Shown here: positions 26,521 to 39,119 of the stretch, piece by piece
How the letters are laid out: every line of letters begins with the position of its first letter
How positions within the stretch are numbered: position 1 is the first letter of the stretch
NCBI RefSeq assembly: GCF_006345805.1
Contig: NC_042998.1
Location: forward strand, 76,818,001 to 76,882,000
DNA from: Octopus sinensis
Taxonomy: Eukaryota
Reading direction: 5' to 3'
DNA length: 64,000 bases
Notes under the pieces: generated by a model
The model's database searches: none
Told to the model about the DNA's origin: nothing
Seen by the model: only the letters and a program-made list of their open reading frames with translations
Made by a program: the position numbers and the translations under genes

Positions 26521-27882
26521 CAAAAACAGGTTGTCTTATCACAACAAAATTATAAAATCCACTCGACTTAATATATTGTGGGTAAGAGAAAGCGATATCG
26601 ACAAATTCTGCAAAGAAGTGATTTCACAGGAACCTCGCGTTCGAAAAGATGAGAGATAGAGAGAAGTCATACGACTAGGGAACGAGACCAATGAAATGCT
26701 TCATAGGATAATGAATAAAAGTTAATATACGATGGAAGTTTTAAAGATTCTTGAAGAATATGAACGGAGTATTTACTAATAAACTAACTCAGTACTGAGA
26801 ATAGACTGGGGCTTCAAGTTTCGCCAAACGCCTAATTCAACCTGTAAGCTATTAGGCAAAACTTGGAAGTTCTAGTCATCTCGAAATCATGGAGTCCTGC
26901 CTGATTATCAGGACATTCTTCTTCGCATGTACCTGTTCTTGCTGGACCATCCTTAGTACGGCAATATTTCGTTTTATCCATTATCTAGGGCACTTTTCTC
27001 ATTCCAGTCGAGATGTATCTTTCGTTAGAGAATATATACGTCAGTCAGTGAAGATAAACAGTGCGCATAAATCTTAAAAGTCCTTCTAGATTTGTGAAGT
27101 TTGAGCGACATATGTCTAATATGAACATTTGCAAGGAAAACATGGTCATGTAAGACTTACAGCAGAGAGAACATCACTAAAAATTCTTCGGGACTAGATG
27201 GTGGGTATAAATAGGGGAGTATATTAGACATACAATTCAAGTTTAGTTGAAATCCTGACAGTCACTGAAGAAAAGCAGAAAATAGAGTTGCTTTTATTTT
27301 TATGTGTGTTTCGCTTTCTCGCTAAACAATTAGACTAACGTTTTATTATAGAATACAGTGTTATATAAGCGTTGAATACTTTCACAAATCTTATAATTTC
27401 TGTGATTCTTAGATACGAACACTTTTAACTTAAAATTTAACACCTGAATCATTTCACGGTTGATAAGATATTGAGGTATAAGTAAGTGTAGAGATAAATG
27501 TAATAGAATAAGCAAATTATGTATGAACTTGGCATGCATGAATCTACATGGGAAGGAAGAAACATGGCAAGATATAAAAGAAAAATATGAAGTATAAACA
27601 AATATAGGGAAATATGAAGATAGAAGGTACGAGAAGGAGGAAACCGTAGAGAATTGATATAAGAATATAAAGGGAGACAGAAGACATAATAATAATAAAA
27701 AAAATAGACAAGAATACTTAGAGGTTCGATTAACCAAGATAACAGGATAGAATTTATGAGAGATAAAGCAAATAAGAACATTTATCATTTGCTACAGACA
27801 AAAAACTGCGCTTGCGCGGTAGATTTGAGAAATTTTAATGTATAATGATTTGCCTCGTACTTATGCGTTTAATCTAGGCGTG

Positions 27883-28085
27883 CCTGTTGATGAAGAGTTC
27901 GCCTAGCAAATTATTTTGATGGCTAAACACAGTCTGAAACCTTCGTCAAGGAGATAGATGGTAAATGTTTTTATTTTTCATTCCCTTCAGTTTTTATCAC
28001 TAATAGTGGTGGCACTTTAGGTGTTCCTTCTAGCGTGACGGAAATCCTATGATGGATACATCTTATGTGTTTAAATGTACACTGT
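27883..28085 (+). mobile_element. PLE-terminus-like remnant with hammerhead-like motif
   Basis: CCTG TTGATGA AGA[~36 nt]TCT GAAAC CTTC GTC AAGG, then a T-rich tail ending in (TA)n. Confidence 0.4.
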
Positions 28086-28216
28086 ATATATATACACATA
28101 CACGCACACACATGAGTAACGGAATGGAGTAGACAAGATCCGGGCTACATGTGTTTCGTAGTGAGTAGAACATCAGAAATATTAAATATCCAGGCTAGGT
28201 ATACACTGGATTTTAT

Positions 28217-28251
<35 letters not shown>

Positions 28252-28644
28252 ATTTTATTTTATTTATTAGCGAATAAAAATTCCGGGGTCACAGGGATGC
28301 AAATAAAATGAATTATTCTCGATAAGGAAATATATGTTATTTAGAGATAGAAGTCCCCATGCACTTCATCAAATCGTAATATACATCACCATATCATAGA
28401 ATTTTATTTTAATAATATGCTAATCAGTTCTAAATTTCTCTTCTACACGGGTTTCATGAGGTGCGTTTAACGTTCCATAGACACTCAGTCTTTTACAAAA
28501 ACGTGTCTTAACTGCAACCCCAATCATCAGGGCTCTTGGTAACTTTATTATAATTCAATAACAATTTCTATATTTTAATATTTTAACAGTTACGAATGTA
28601 ATTAACAGACAAATATGCGCGTGTGCAAATAAATTCGCCGTCTC

Positions 28645-28681
<37 letters not shown>

Positions 28682-28684
<3 letters not shown>

Positions 28685-28780
28685 TGTGATCACGTAACCG
28701 ACCAGACCATCAGATGTTGTAACACATCGCTGGTCACAATGCGTTCGCATTGTTATTTTTTAGCCTTCGAATGACGCCAC
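28682..28780 (-). mobile_element. SINE family 3, 3' fragment
   Basis: matches 22633-22730. Confidence 0.8.
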
Positions 28781-28791
28781 ATATATATATA

Positions 28792-28875
28792 CTAGCAATA
28801 TGACCCGTCGTTGCCGGGTCATAGTGCTAGTGCATGTATATATGTGTATATATATGTGTACATATTACATGTACA

Positions 28876-28911
<36 letters not shown>

Positions 28912-29839
28912 TTCACATAAAATACAAAATACAAAGTTATATCTTGATATCGCTAGTGATAACAATACTCAAAATATGTAACAGACTGGAATTGTAGGCC
29001 CGTCTCTTGCAATTTCGATCAATTGTATCTTGTCCTCCCTCTTGTATAGAAGTGTGGCTACAATCCAGCCTAGCTCTACTGCTGGGTGGTGGTGGCATTT
29101 TTAACTTTTATCCGGGACGTCCTACGTCCCAGATATAAAGGTAAAAATAAAATATTTCCACTTTGAAAGTTCGAGTCGAGTACTCCCTTGCACGATCGGT
29201 TGACTCGAACCTTGCTTCTATTGTGGCGAATTTACCGCCTCTGATTAGATACCTTTCATAGTCGCACCAAGACACTTTTCGATGGCGCTTTCCTTCAGGT
29301 GTTCAAATCATTTTTCTCTATATTGTATACTTTATAGACAATAGTCTTTACTTTAATTTAATTTTTTATTATCTATCTGGACTATTCCATTTCTGCACGC
29401 TAATTTTATTTTTAATTTATTCCCATTCATGTGAAATCACTTATTCAAGTTCAAGTCATTGATGCAATTTTATACCAATTGCTATTTTTACTTTTGTTAT
29501 GATTATATTATACTTTAGTTTGATTTTAATTATTACTTACTACATATAATTCAATTGTTATTATTATTTTTATAGTTAAAGTGAAAGTATCTGACATACA
29601 ATAGAGAAACGTTTTTGTTTCACTTTTAACACGTAATACTGAAATAGTGGAGAATATATGATATTGCTATGGGCTCGCTCTAGGCAAGGAGTTGAACATT
29701 TTTTTTTGCCCATGAAACTACATGGAGCCGAAGTAAGGCATGTGTAAAATTTGAACGGAATTGGTTGTGTAGTTCTCAAGTTTTAGGGAAACACACAGAC
29801 AGACAGACAGACACACATTCTCAATTTTATATATATAGA
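28792..29839 (-). mobile_element. non-autonomous Helitron (~1.05 kb)
   Basis: minus strand starts A|TCTATATATATAAAATTGAGAATGTGTG(TCTG)n and ends with hairpin GACCCG-gcaacga-CGGGTC then ATATTG-CTAG|T; inserted at an AT site with no TSD. Confidence 0.85.
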
Positions 29840-30484
29840 TATATATATATATATCAGTATGTGAGAATGCCTGTGTGCGCCGCGCTTGCGCTCGCGTGAG
29901 TGTACAGAAAGTAAGGTATACAGAATGAGTGAGCAACAAATAGAATGGGCAGAAGAGAGTAAATAATGTTGATACAAAGAATTCAGAAAACATACACATT
30001 GTCTGGCTTAACAAAAACACACAAAAAAACATGTACAACGATTTCCTCAAATTTCAATTATGCCTCGTCTCAGATGTATGATTTCTCCTGGTAAGGCAAA
30101 GGTTAGTCGTTTCGTTGGTTGGATTTGTACACAGTATATTACTGGAATTTAATTCATTAAAACAAAATCTGATTTATTAACGCCACAGGGATTGCAGTGA
30201 GCTAACATAGATTTTGGAATGTTCGACTAAGCAAAAACATAACTATGATTTCAAGTTGCTGGCAGTAATAATCTCCTTAATTGTAACTGTTGTTAAGCTT
30301 TGGCTTAGAAATATATATTTACTTCTGCCAGAATATGAAACCTTCTCAAGTGCAAACAGTTAGCCGGATTTTCTGACCCGATTAAATGCTTAATTATTAC
30401 CTAACTTCGGTTTTGTAGGACGCAGCATGGAATATCTTACATTTGAGCTAAAAAAAGCAATATATACTAAAAATTCCATACATC

Positions 30485-30750
30485 TTTTATTTTTTAACTG
30501 TTTCATTTGTTGGACATCAGCCACGTTGGGACACGACCATGAAGGGTTTTAGTCAAACGAGACAAATCCTGTGTTTATGTTTTAAAGTCTGGTACTTATT
30601 CTAGTGGTCGCAATTGTCGAACCACAAAGTAACGGGCCGCAAAAAAGCCAACAAAATTGTCAAGCGGTGGGATGAGGCACACAAAACGGCACACATACAT
30701 ACATGACGGGCTTCTATTTTCCTCAACCAAATTCACTTAGAAGGCTTTTC
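30485..30750 (-). mobile_element. SINE family 2, diverged partial copy
   Basis: reverse-complement similarity to 11920-12205. Confidence 0.65.
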
Positions 30751-30785
30751 ATCTCTCTCTCCCTCTCCTTCTCTCTTTCTCTCTC

Positions 30786-32338
30786 TCTTGCATTTCCTTT
30801 TTCAGAGCTTCCTTGCAACTGGCAAACTTCCAAGAAAACTGAAGGAAGGTAAAATATGCCCTATTCATAAAGGCAGCGCGGAGGCCAGGAACTACAGACC
30901 TATCACTCTGACCTCACACATCAGCAAGGTCATGGAACGAATAGTCAGAAGGAAACACATCGCCTTCCTTGAAGAAAATAACTTGCTGCCTGACACCCAA
31001 CATGGTTTCCGACCAGGAAGAAGCTGCCTAACTCAGCTATGACTGGGTGCTGAAACAACTGCTCAACCACCCAAATGTGGAAGTGTTATATCTCGACTTT
31101 GCAAAAGCCTTTGATAAAGTCGATCATGGAAGATATGTCACAAACTGCGTGATCTTGGCATAGATGGAAAATTGGGAGAATAGCTTCATGACATTCTGAA
31201 GGATAGAAGCCAGGTGGTAGTAGCCAATGGGGCAACCTCCATTAACACGCAAATAGTGAGCGGTGTTCCACAAGGCACTGTTTTGGGACCACTACTGTTC
31301 ATAATGGCCCTCTCGGACATGACCTCAGCCACGCAGAGAGCCACGATCACAAGTTATGCAGATGATACAAAAGTTTCACAGGCAATACAGAACCCTGAAG
31401 ACACTATGCACCTGCAATGTGAGCTGAACAAAATATACAAGTGGGCTGAAAAGAATAACATGCAGTTCAATGCTGAAAAGTTTCAAGCTTTATGCTATCA
31501 GCATGCAAAATTAAATGCAATACCCAATAAATACACTGGACCTGGAGGGATTGCAATCCCAGAGGCACAATCAGTTCGAGACCTGGGTAATGATGCAACC
31601 TTTCATGTGCATGTTGCTAAATTGGCAATGAAATGTAGGCGGCTGACCGGATGGATTCTTAGAGCCTTTAGAACAAGAGACCAGGAAACCATGATGGTCC
31701 TCTGGAGGATACTTGTCCTAAGCCACTTTGACTATTGCTCTCAGCTATGGTCACCATCCAGTGTCAAATTAATCACAGAACTTGAGGCGATCCGACGAAG
31801 CTACACGAAGAAGATAGCCTCTGTGCAGCATATAAGCTATTAGGAAAGTCTCAAGAGATTAAGACTCTATTCCTTAGAGCGTAGGCGAGAAAGATATGCC
31901 ATAATATACATCTGGAAGATCCTGGAAGGACTTATCCCAAACTTTGGCATCGAGAGTTACACAAATACCAGAACTGGGCCCCACTGCATAGTGCCAAGGA
32001 CTCCAAATTTGCCATCAAGATGTAGGATAAGATACTATGATAGCCTGAGCTTCAGAGGTCCACAGCTCTTCAATATCCTCCCGAAGGACCTGAGAGACCT
32101 GAATGGGGTGGATGCAGATGTCTTTAAAATAAAACTGGATCTCTTCCTGTCAGGTATCCCAGATGAACCAATTTCACGGCAGGAGGTGCAGATGAGGGCA
32201 GCTGCATCGAACTCCCTCATGCACCAAATGGCAATTGCTAAAAAGCATTCGTGAAGTAAAATCATGTAGCAACACCAAATGGCGGTGCCCCAGCATGGCC
32301 ACAGCTCGTGAGCTGAAACTAGATAAAATATAAAATAT
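30786..32338 (+). mobile_element. 5'-truncated CR1/L2-group LINE with nearly complete RT domain (pseudogenised) and 3' tail
   Basis: NYRPITLTSHISKVMERIV, QHGFRPGRSCLTQL, YLDFAKAFDKVDHG, SGVPQGTVLGPLLF, SYADDTK, HFDYCSQLWSP; stops and frameshifts; AT-rich tail. Confidence 0.95.
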
Positions 32339-32339
32339 A

Positions 32340-32366
32340 AATATATATATATATATATATAAAAAT

Positions 32367-32424
<58 letters not shown>

Positions 32425-32438
32425 TATATATGTATGTA

Positions 32439-32532
<94 letters not shown>

Positions 32533-32546
32533 TGTATATATGTATG

Positions 32547-32606
<60 letters not shown>
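32340..32606. repeat. (TA)n microsatellite
   Basis: direct inspection. Confidence 0.95.
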
Positions 32607-32608
<2 letters not shown>

Positions 32609-35600
32609 TAAGGAATGTATGAGGTGGTCCAAGTTTGTTCGGGCTGCTAGAAATAGCTTTAAATATACTTTAAACCACACCCAACTCTATTAGAAACGGA
32701 GGGACATGTTTGATAATGTGCCCTTAGATACATACTGTTTGACAAAGTAATAGAGAATGGTCATGAATATCTCTGGTCATAAATGCAAGGCGCGATGATC
32801 CTCAACATTCTAACATGTCGCCAACTATCTGACTTATTGTCGATGTGTAATTACTATTGACAGCGAATTAGGAGAGTTATTAGAAAGTGGAACGAAATAT
32901 TTTGACATATGCCTTCCTTCACTTAGTGTTCTGAGTTCAAATCTCGCCGAGGATCACTTTACCTCACGTCTTTCTAAAGTCGATAATAAAGTGCATTCCA
33001 GGGTCCTGGATTAGCGGAATGAATAAAGCATCAAGGAGGGTGCATTGCCATATATTTCTTGGCACTTAGTGATGTGAATCAAAATCCCTCGCAGGTCTAC
33101 TTGGGTGGTTGTCGTAATCACAATTTAGCACTATCATTTGGTCTATATCTGCCTTCAACAGAATCCATACTATAGCAAGCATTTGGTTCTGAACTTTTCC
33201 TGGGAACGGGCTGATCAACAACAATAACAATAAACCGAATTATTAATCCTGGAAAACGATAAGCTTTTTGAATGATTTTAGCTAAAATTATGTAAGAGGT
33301 GGGTGTCAAAATATTCTAAAATAGTTCTCAACATTTCCTTCTACACCTTTTAAATTTTTTATTTGGCTGAGAAGGATGAGGTGTGGCTATAGACTCGCAG
33401 GTCTTAGATTACTGTTGAGATCGACATAGTTAACGGTTATAACAGTTGCAGGAAAATCATGTGCTTAAAGCTACATGTGGACTCAACACTTTGGGAGGAA
33501 GACCTGAGCATAATGATTAATGCAGGGTTTAGAATTAGGTAAAATGATGGTGCCCGGAGAAATCATTCTGAGGAAATATGAGCACTTGTATGGAGAAAGG
33601 ATGAAACTGACCACCTCCACTGAGTAGAAGCCGCTCTAGAGAAAAGGCAGATTGCATACTATGTCACTGTGGATCAAACTTTAGCGTGTGTTTGTAAGAA
33701 TGTTCTCTACTAATGAATCCACTGGCTTTCCATTGGACTGTTGGCCAGGTACTCAGCTGTCTGCCTCTGCAGGGGTTGTAGAGTGTTAGTAATTTCATGC
33801 AGAAGAAATCTCCCAAGAAGGTCAATATCTGTGATGCATGTTTTGGTATGTTGAAGATGTAAGTTAAGCAGGAGAGATCATCAGAATTTGTAGGTTCTGT
33901 TTATACGCTGTTTACGTTATTGAGGGCCGATATTATTTAATTTATACGGGTAATAAAATTTTGCTTTGCGCTGTTGAGGAAAATCTGATGAATTCATCGG
34001 AGGATGTTTTAGAATTCTGTTTATAGAGCGAATGCTTGCTTATGTTACATATCGATTACCCTTATGGATGTTAGGGAAGAATTAAGGGTAGTATCATCTG
34101 TATGGGAGTGGAGTAGTTGCAGATGAAGGCAATAGGTATAATAGTGGAGGACCAACAAGAAAGAAAACCCTGGAATCATAAGAGGCGATACAGTGTGGGC
34201 TAGAGAGAGAAAGAGAGAGAGAGAGGGAGTGTTACATAGATATGGATAGACAGAAAGAGAGAGAGAGACAAAGGAGAGGGATAGAGTGAGAGAGAGAGAA
34301 ATAGAGAGGGTGAGAGTGAGAGAGAGAGAGAAAGAGAGAGGGTGAGAGAGAGAGAAAGAAAGGGAGAAAGAGAAAGAAAGGGAGAAAGAGAAAGAGAGAG
34401 CTTTAAAACGACATATCTCTTAGGAAAGCCTCTTGTGCATAAGTCGGAAAATGGAACGCGCCTATAGACATGTAGAGTAAAAAACACATAGTCGAAAGCA
34501 AGAACACCGTTTTCACAAAATTCTGAGTTCGAATTCTGCCGCAAGGAACTTGCTTTTCATCCATTCACCAGAGGGTAACCAAACGTATTAGGAATTTAAT
34601 GAACGGCTCAATCAACTTTACAAGACCTTTATTAATTTAATGAGTTGCGTCAGAGATAGAAACCGATATCAGTATTCTGTACAGCGAAGCACCAAAATAT
34701 CCTCAGGGAAGCATTTACTTTTGAGCTTTTATGTTTAAAGCCCTTGTTTTAAACTTAATTAAAACATGTCTGACACAGCCTGACAGTAATTTGTCATTGC
34801 TAATTTATACGAGAATATTTGATATCAGAGATAGCAAATCATCCTTTGTAGTCAATCCATGTCATACTTGCAACATCTGTGTTACTGTAAGTCATTAATG
34901 AGATAATCGTTATATCTATAATTCTTTCTTTCATATCAATTCTGCTTTATCTAATAAGATGCGTTGATGAGCAGGAATTCTTAATGAAAGAATAGACGAA
35001 AAGGTCTGTAAATGATCGTTTATTTAAGTAAATAGCAATATGAAAGTTAGGGATCCGAGGTGTTAACGTAACGCATTATCTCAATAGAAGTATTTCTGCA
35101 TTTGGTTTCTCCCATAAATTACAATAGTCGATAGGCCTCGTATCTAGTCGGTAAAATATCGGTATACCGAAGAAAAGCTTGATAGTTCGAGTTCGTATCT
35201 CGCAACAATCTCTGATTGTGAATTCTCGACATCTAACTGAAAAATGATTGCCGTTTGTATATGCCGATATACATTAGCCAGTGTGTATCTGTACTACAAG
35301 TTTTAAATAGCTCTAGAAATTTGCTTGGTAAATGAAGGTCAAACTTCGCGAATGTACCTTCGTCAAAATGAAAATAGTCCATGGATGTCAAATAATCTGA
35401 TAATGAGATTCTGAAAGTCATCACACGAATTGTTGCTAGTGCAGTGGACTAGCTGACATTTTTTTATAGACTAAAGAGTACGACTACATTTCTATTTGAT
35501 ACAGATCGGAGTAATACCTAAATGAATATTCAGTACGTCGAAGAAACTCCGTCATTTATTGCATGGTGTCCCTTGCTGGTTAACTCAGATGTAAAAAATA

Positions 35601-35694
35601 TTCATGGTATATTTCCTTATAAACACCTAATACGATTATTGAATTTATCAGGGTTAATGCATTAAGGAAAGAACAATATATTATATTCAGTAAT

Positions 35695-35820
35695 AATCCT
35701 TTCTATTATAGGCACAAGGCCTAAAATTTGGAGGAGTGGGATAGTCGGTTACATCGACTACGGCACGCAACCGGTGCTTAATTTATCGAAACGATGAAAG
35801 GCAGAGTCGCCGTCGGCGAA
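35695..35820 (-). mobile_element. SINE family 1, 3' part
   Basis: GGCACAAGGCCT.AAATTT...TTTATCGA..GATGAAAGGCA.AGTCG. Confidence 0.7.
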
Positions 35821-36026
35821 TATATATAGTGATAAGATTCATTAAAGATGCGGTTTACAAAACTTTTCGAATTACAGCTAACACTTCGTCATGCTTGTTG
35901 ATTCTCAGCAAATAGAAACGGGACGCTTCCATGTTAGAAGCTAATAATTAAATATTGGCAGCATGTTTGATTTTCAGCAATAAAATAAAATAATATATAT
36001 GTGTGTGTGTGTGTCTATATACATAA

Positions 36027-36065
<39 letters not shown>

Positions 36066-36067
<2 letters not shown>

Positions 36068-36925
36068 GTGACAATTATTCGGTTACCATAATAAAACTCC
36101 GAGTTTCTGATGTCGGGGCGGAAATCTACTCCGGCATCTCGTCTGTTATTAAGACAAACGGAAATGCTTTGTAATGACCGTTAAACAAAGGGAAATTACT
36201 ATGTAAATGACGTTATTAAGAAACTGTGGACCACGAGGTCACGTAGTTTGTGGGCTCATTTGAAGGGGGGAAGGGTAGCTTGGAAAAGATGAGCGAAGTG
36301 GAATGGTCGGACTGAAGTCGCCGGAAAGCTCGGAGAATGGTAGTTGGAGGGGCAGGGTGGAGGGGAATTAAGTAAGGGAAAACGGAAGACGGACAACGGC
36401 AAGGGCTGCGTGGATGCGGTGAGGGGATATCGACGAAGGATGAAGTGGCGAGCCATGTGTTGAGACTGAGTTTCAAAGTCGTGGTTTTCACTGCAGGGAC
36501 TTCAGACGGAGGGATTGGGAGCTTGGTGTGGGTAGTGTGGGAGGAGGAGAAGTTAAAGTATGAGTGTGATTGGGTGTGTTTGTAGTGGATGGAAGTAGTG
36601 AGAGCGGAGTTGTGTTGTTGACCGAAATGTCGAAAAAAGTGACAGAAGTGTTGGAAATAGTGCAGAAGAATTCGAAGGCAGGATGGAAGTATTGGACAAA
36701 AGAGAGGAAAGAGTCTAGTTGTTCGCGGTAGAGTGAATTCGCACCGATACAACTGTCAATATAATGACCGTATAGTTCGGGAGTGGGCCAAATGAATCCT
36801 GAAAATATTTGGGCCTCAATGTAGCCATCGAACAGGTTCGCATAGTTGGGGCCCATTCTCATTCACATGGCCACTCTCGAGACATCTTGGTAAAATTCCT
36901 CCGCGAACGAGAGACAGTCGAACTC
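36066..36925 (-). mobile_element. Penelope-like retroelement RT remnant with terminal hammerhead-like motif
   Basis: minus strand: RMGPNYANLFDGYIE..YGHYIDSC (PLE RT motifs) and IHYKHTQSHSYFNFSSSH; motif at 36090-36150; ends at (TA)n. Confidence 0.85.
36090..36150 (-). ncRNA. hammerhead-like motif at the PLE terminus
   Basis: minus strand reads AATAA CAGACGA GATGCCGG[14 nt]CCGACATC A GAAACTC G GAGTT TTATT: helices I, II and III can all be drawn. Confidence 0.45.
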
Positions 36926-37032
36926 AATATATAAGAAAAATGTTATCCTCACGAAATGTGATTAAGGGAGCCAAAGCACCTATATTGTAATATTGCAAGA
37001 AAGAGTTAAATACTCTTAATGCTATAAGCGCG

Positions 37033-37040
37033 CTATATAT

Positions 37041-37072
<32 letters not shown>

Positions 37073-37132
37073 ATATTATATATATATATATATGTATATA
37101 TGTGTGTGTGTACATATATATATACATACATA

Positions 37133-37164
<32 letters not shown>

Positions 37165-37172
37165 CATCCATA

Positions 37173-37204
<32 letters not shown>

Positions 37205-37341
37205 CATACATATATATATATATAATATATATAATATATAGATATATATATATATATATATATATACATACATATATATATATTATATATATATATATAT
37301 ACATACATATATATGTGTATATATATATATATATATATACC

Positions 37342-37438
<97 letters not shown>

Positions 37439-37442
37439 ATAT
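37033..37442. repeat. (TA)n-rich microsatellite
   Basis: direct inspection. Confidence 0.95.
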
Positions 37443-37535
37443 GTTTATCTATCTTATCTTTTTTCTTTTCTCACTCTTATCTTACCCCCTCTCTATATAT
37501 ATTTACCACACACTCTCTCGCTCTCTGTAAATGTA

Positions 37536-39119
37536 CAGTTGCCGCCAAAACGTTCAGAACGGCATTGTTTTCGCCAGAAAAGTAGGTATAAGTTTTTATT
37601 AAAGCTGTTTTATATTCTATAATTTTCACAGACAATAAATACAATATTAGTTGGTATTTTCCGAGATTTTGGTATAATTTGAGTGGATAATACAAAAGTT
37701 ATGATATAGTGATTTACTGCAAAACCCATGGTGGCCAAAATGATCAGAACGGTTGAAAAAATAACAAAATAATCAAAAAGTGACAGAGAATGCTGGAATT
37801 ATTTCATATTTAGTGTGAAGCCCTTTAGTTTCAATCAAAGTTTGACATTTTTGACTGCATGGGGAAATTAAATATTCACTTTCTTGCTGGGTGATCTTAT
37901 TCCGTTCTTCCTGAAGGGCATTCCATAATTGCTCGGTTGTTTTAGGATTTCTGGCTTTCAAGCGTCCTCCTAGAATATTCCACACATTTTCAATAGGATT
38001 GAGGCCTGGGCCTTGAGCAGGCCAATCCATAACAATAACCTTTTCAGCCTTGAGGAAGTTCATGACCACCTTAGCCTTGTGATATGGGGCATTGTCCTGC
38101 ATGAATATGGGTGGTCGCTTAGTTGAATTTCTCAGCACAGGAAAGACATGATCTTTTACAGGTTGTTTATAAACTCCTGCATTTACCTTTCCATGTAATC
38201 GCAGCAAAGGGCCCACAACATCTCCAGATATCATCCCCCAAACCATGACACTTCCTCCACCGAATTTAACACTAGTCGTAAGGCATTTAGGTGAAAATTT
38301 TTCATGTGCTTTTCCCATCTGTGTCAAATAACATAGACTTAGATTCATCACTGAAATGCACCGTTTGCCATTTTTCTTGAGACCACAACACATGTTCGGT
38401 TGCAAAGGTAAGACGACACTCTTTATTCTTAGAGCTGATCAGTGGCTTCACTGCAGGCGCTCTTGCTTGTAGGTCATGTTCAACTAAAGGACGAGACACA
38501 GTTTTTCGAGATAAAGTTTTCTTCAGTACAATGCTCATTTCCCGAAAAACAGCAGCAGCAGTTTTACCATAGCACGGTCTTCTCTCTTGGTCGTTTTTCT
38601 TGGCCTACCTGTAGACTTTCTTGCTTCACACGAACCACAATCATCGTAGACCTTAAGAATACCGTGAACAACACTTTTTGACTTGTTAACAATCTTTGCA
38701 ATAGACCTAATACTTAAATTATCCTTCTTTCGAAGCTTAATAATCTGCTGACGAATTGGTAACGGAGTAAGTGGCATTATATTAACAAACTACACTGCAG
38801 CTATTCTTACTAATGTTTATTAAACGAACTGTCACGTAAACAAATTCAAAACATTAGAGTTCGACGTTTAAATATACTAAAACATGGAGTAAAAGCAACC
38901 GTTCTGATTATTTTGGCCGCCATGGGTTTTGCAGTAAATCACTAAATCATCCATTACTTTTTTATTATCCTCTCAAATTACACCAAAATCTCAGACAATA
39001 ACAAATAATATCGTATGTATTGTCTGTTAAAATTATAGAATATAAAACAACTTTGATAAAAAATTATATCTACTTTTCTGACGAAAACAATGCCGTTCTG
39101 AACATTTTGGCCGCAACTG
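37536..39119 (-). mobile_element. Tc1-family DD34E transposon with ~220-bp IR/DR-type TIRs and frameshifted transposase
   Basis: TA|CAGTTG...CAACTG|TA ends; TIRs 37536-~37755 and ~38896-39119; transposase in 3 frames (38777 to ~37800) with GRPRKTT, HFSDESK, FMQDNAPYHKA, WPAQGPGLNPIE; 34 residues between D and E. Confidence 0.95.

Noticed and set aside
33330-34200. Possible decayed LINE endonuclease on the minus strand
   Set aside because: Only a weak GGG-like hint; motif order could not be established.
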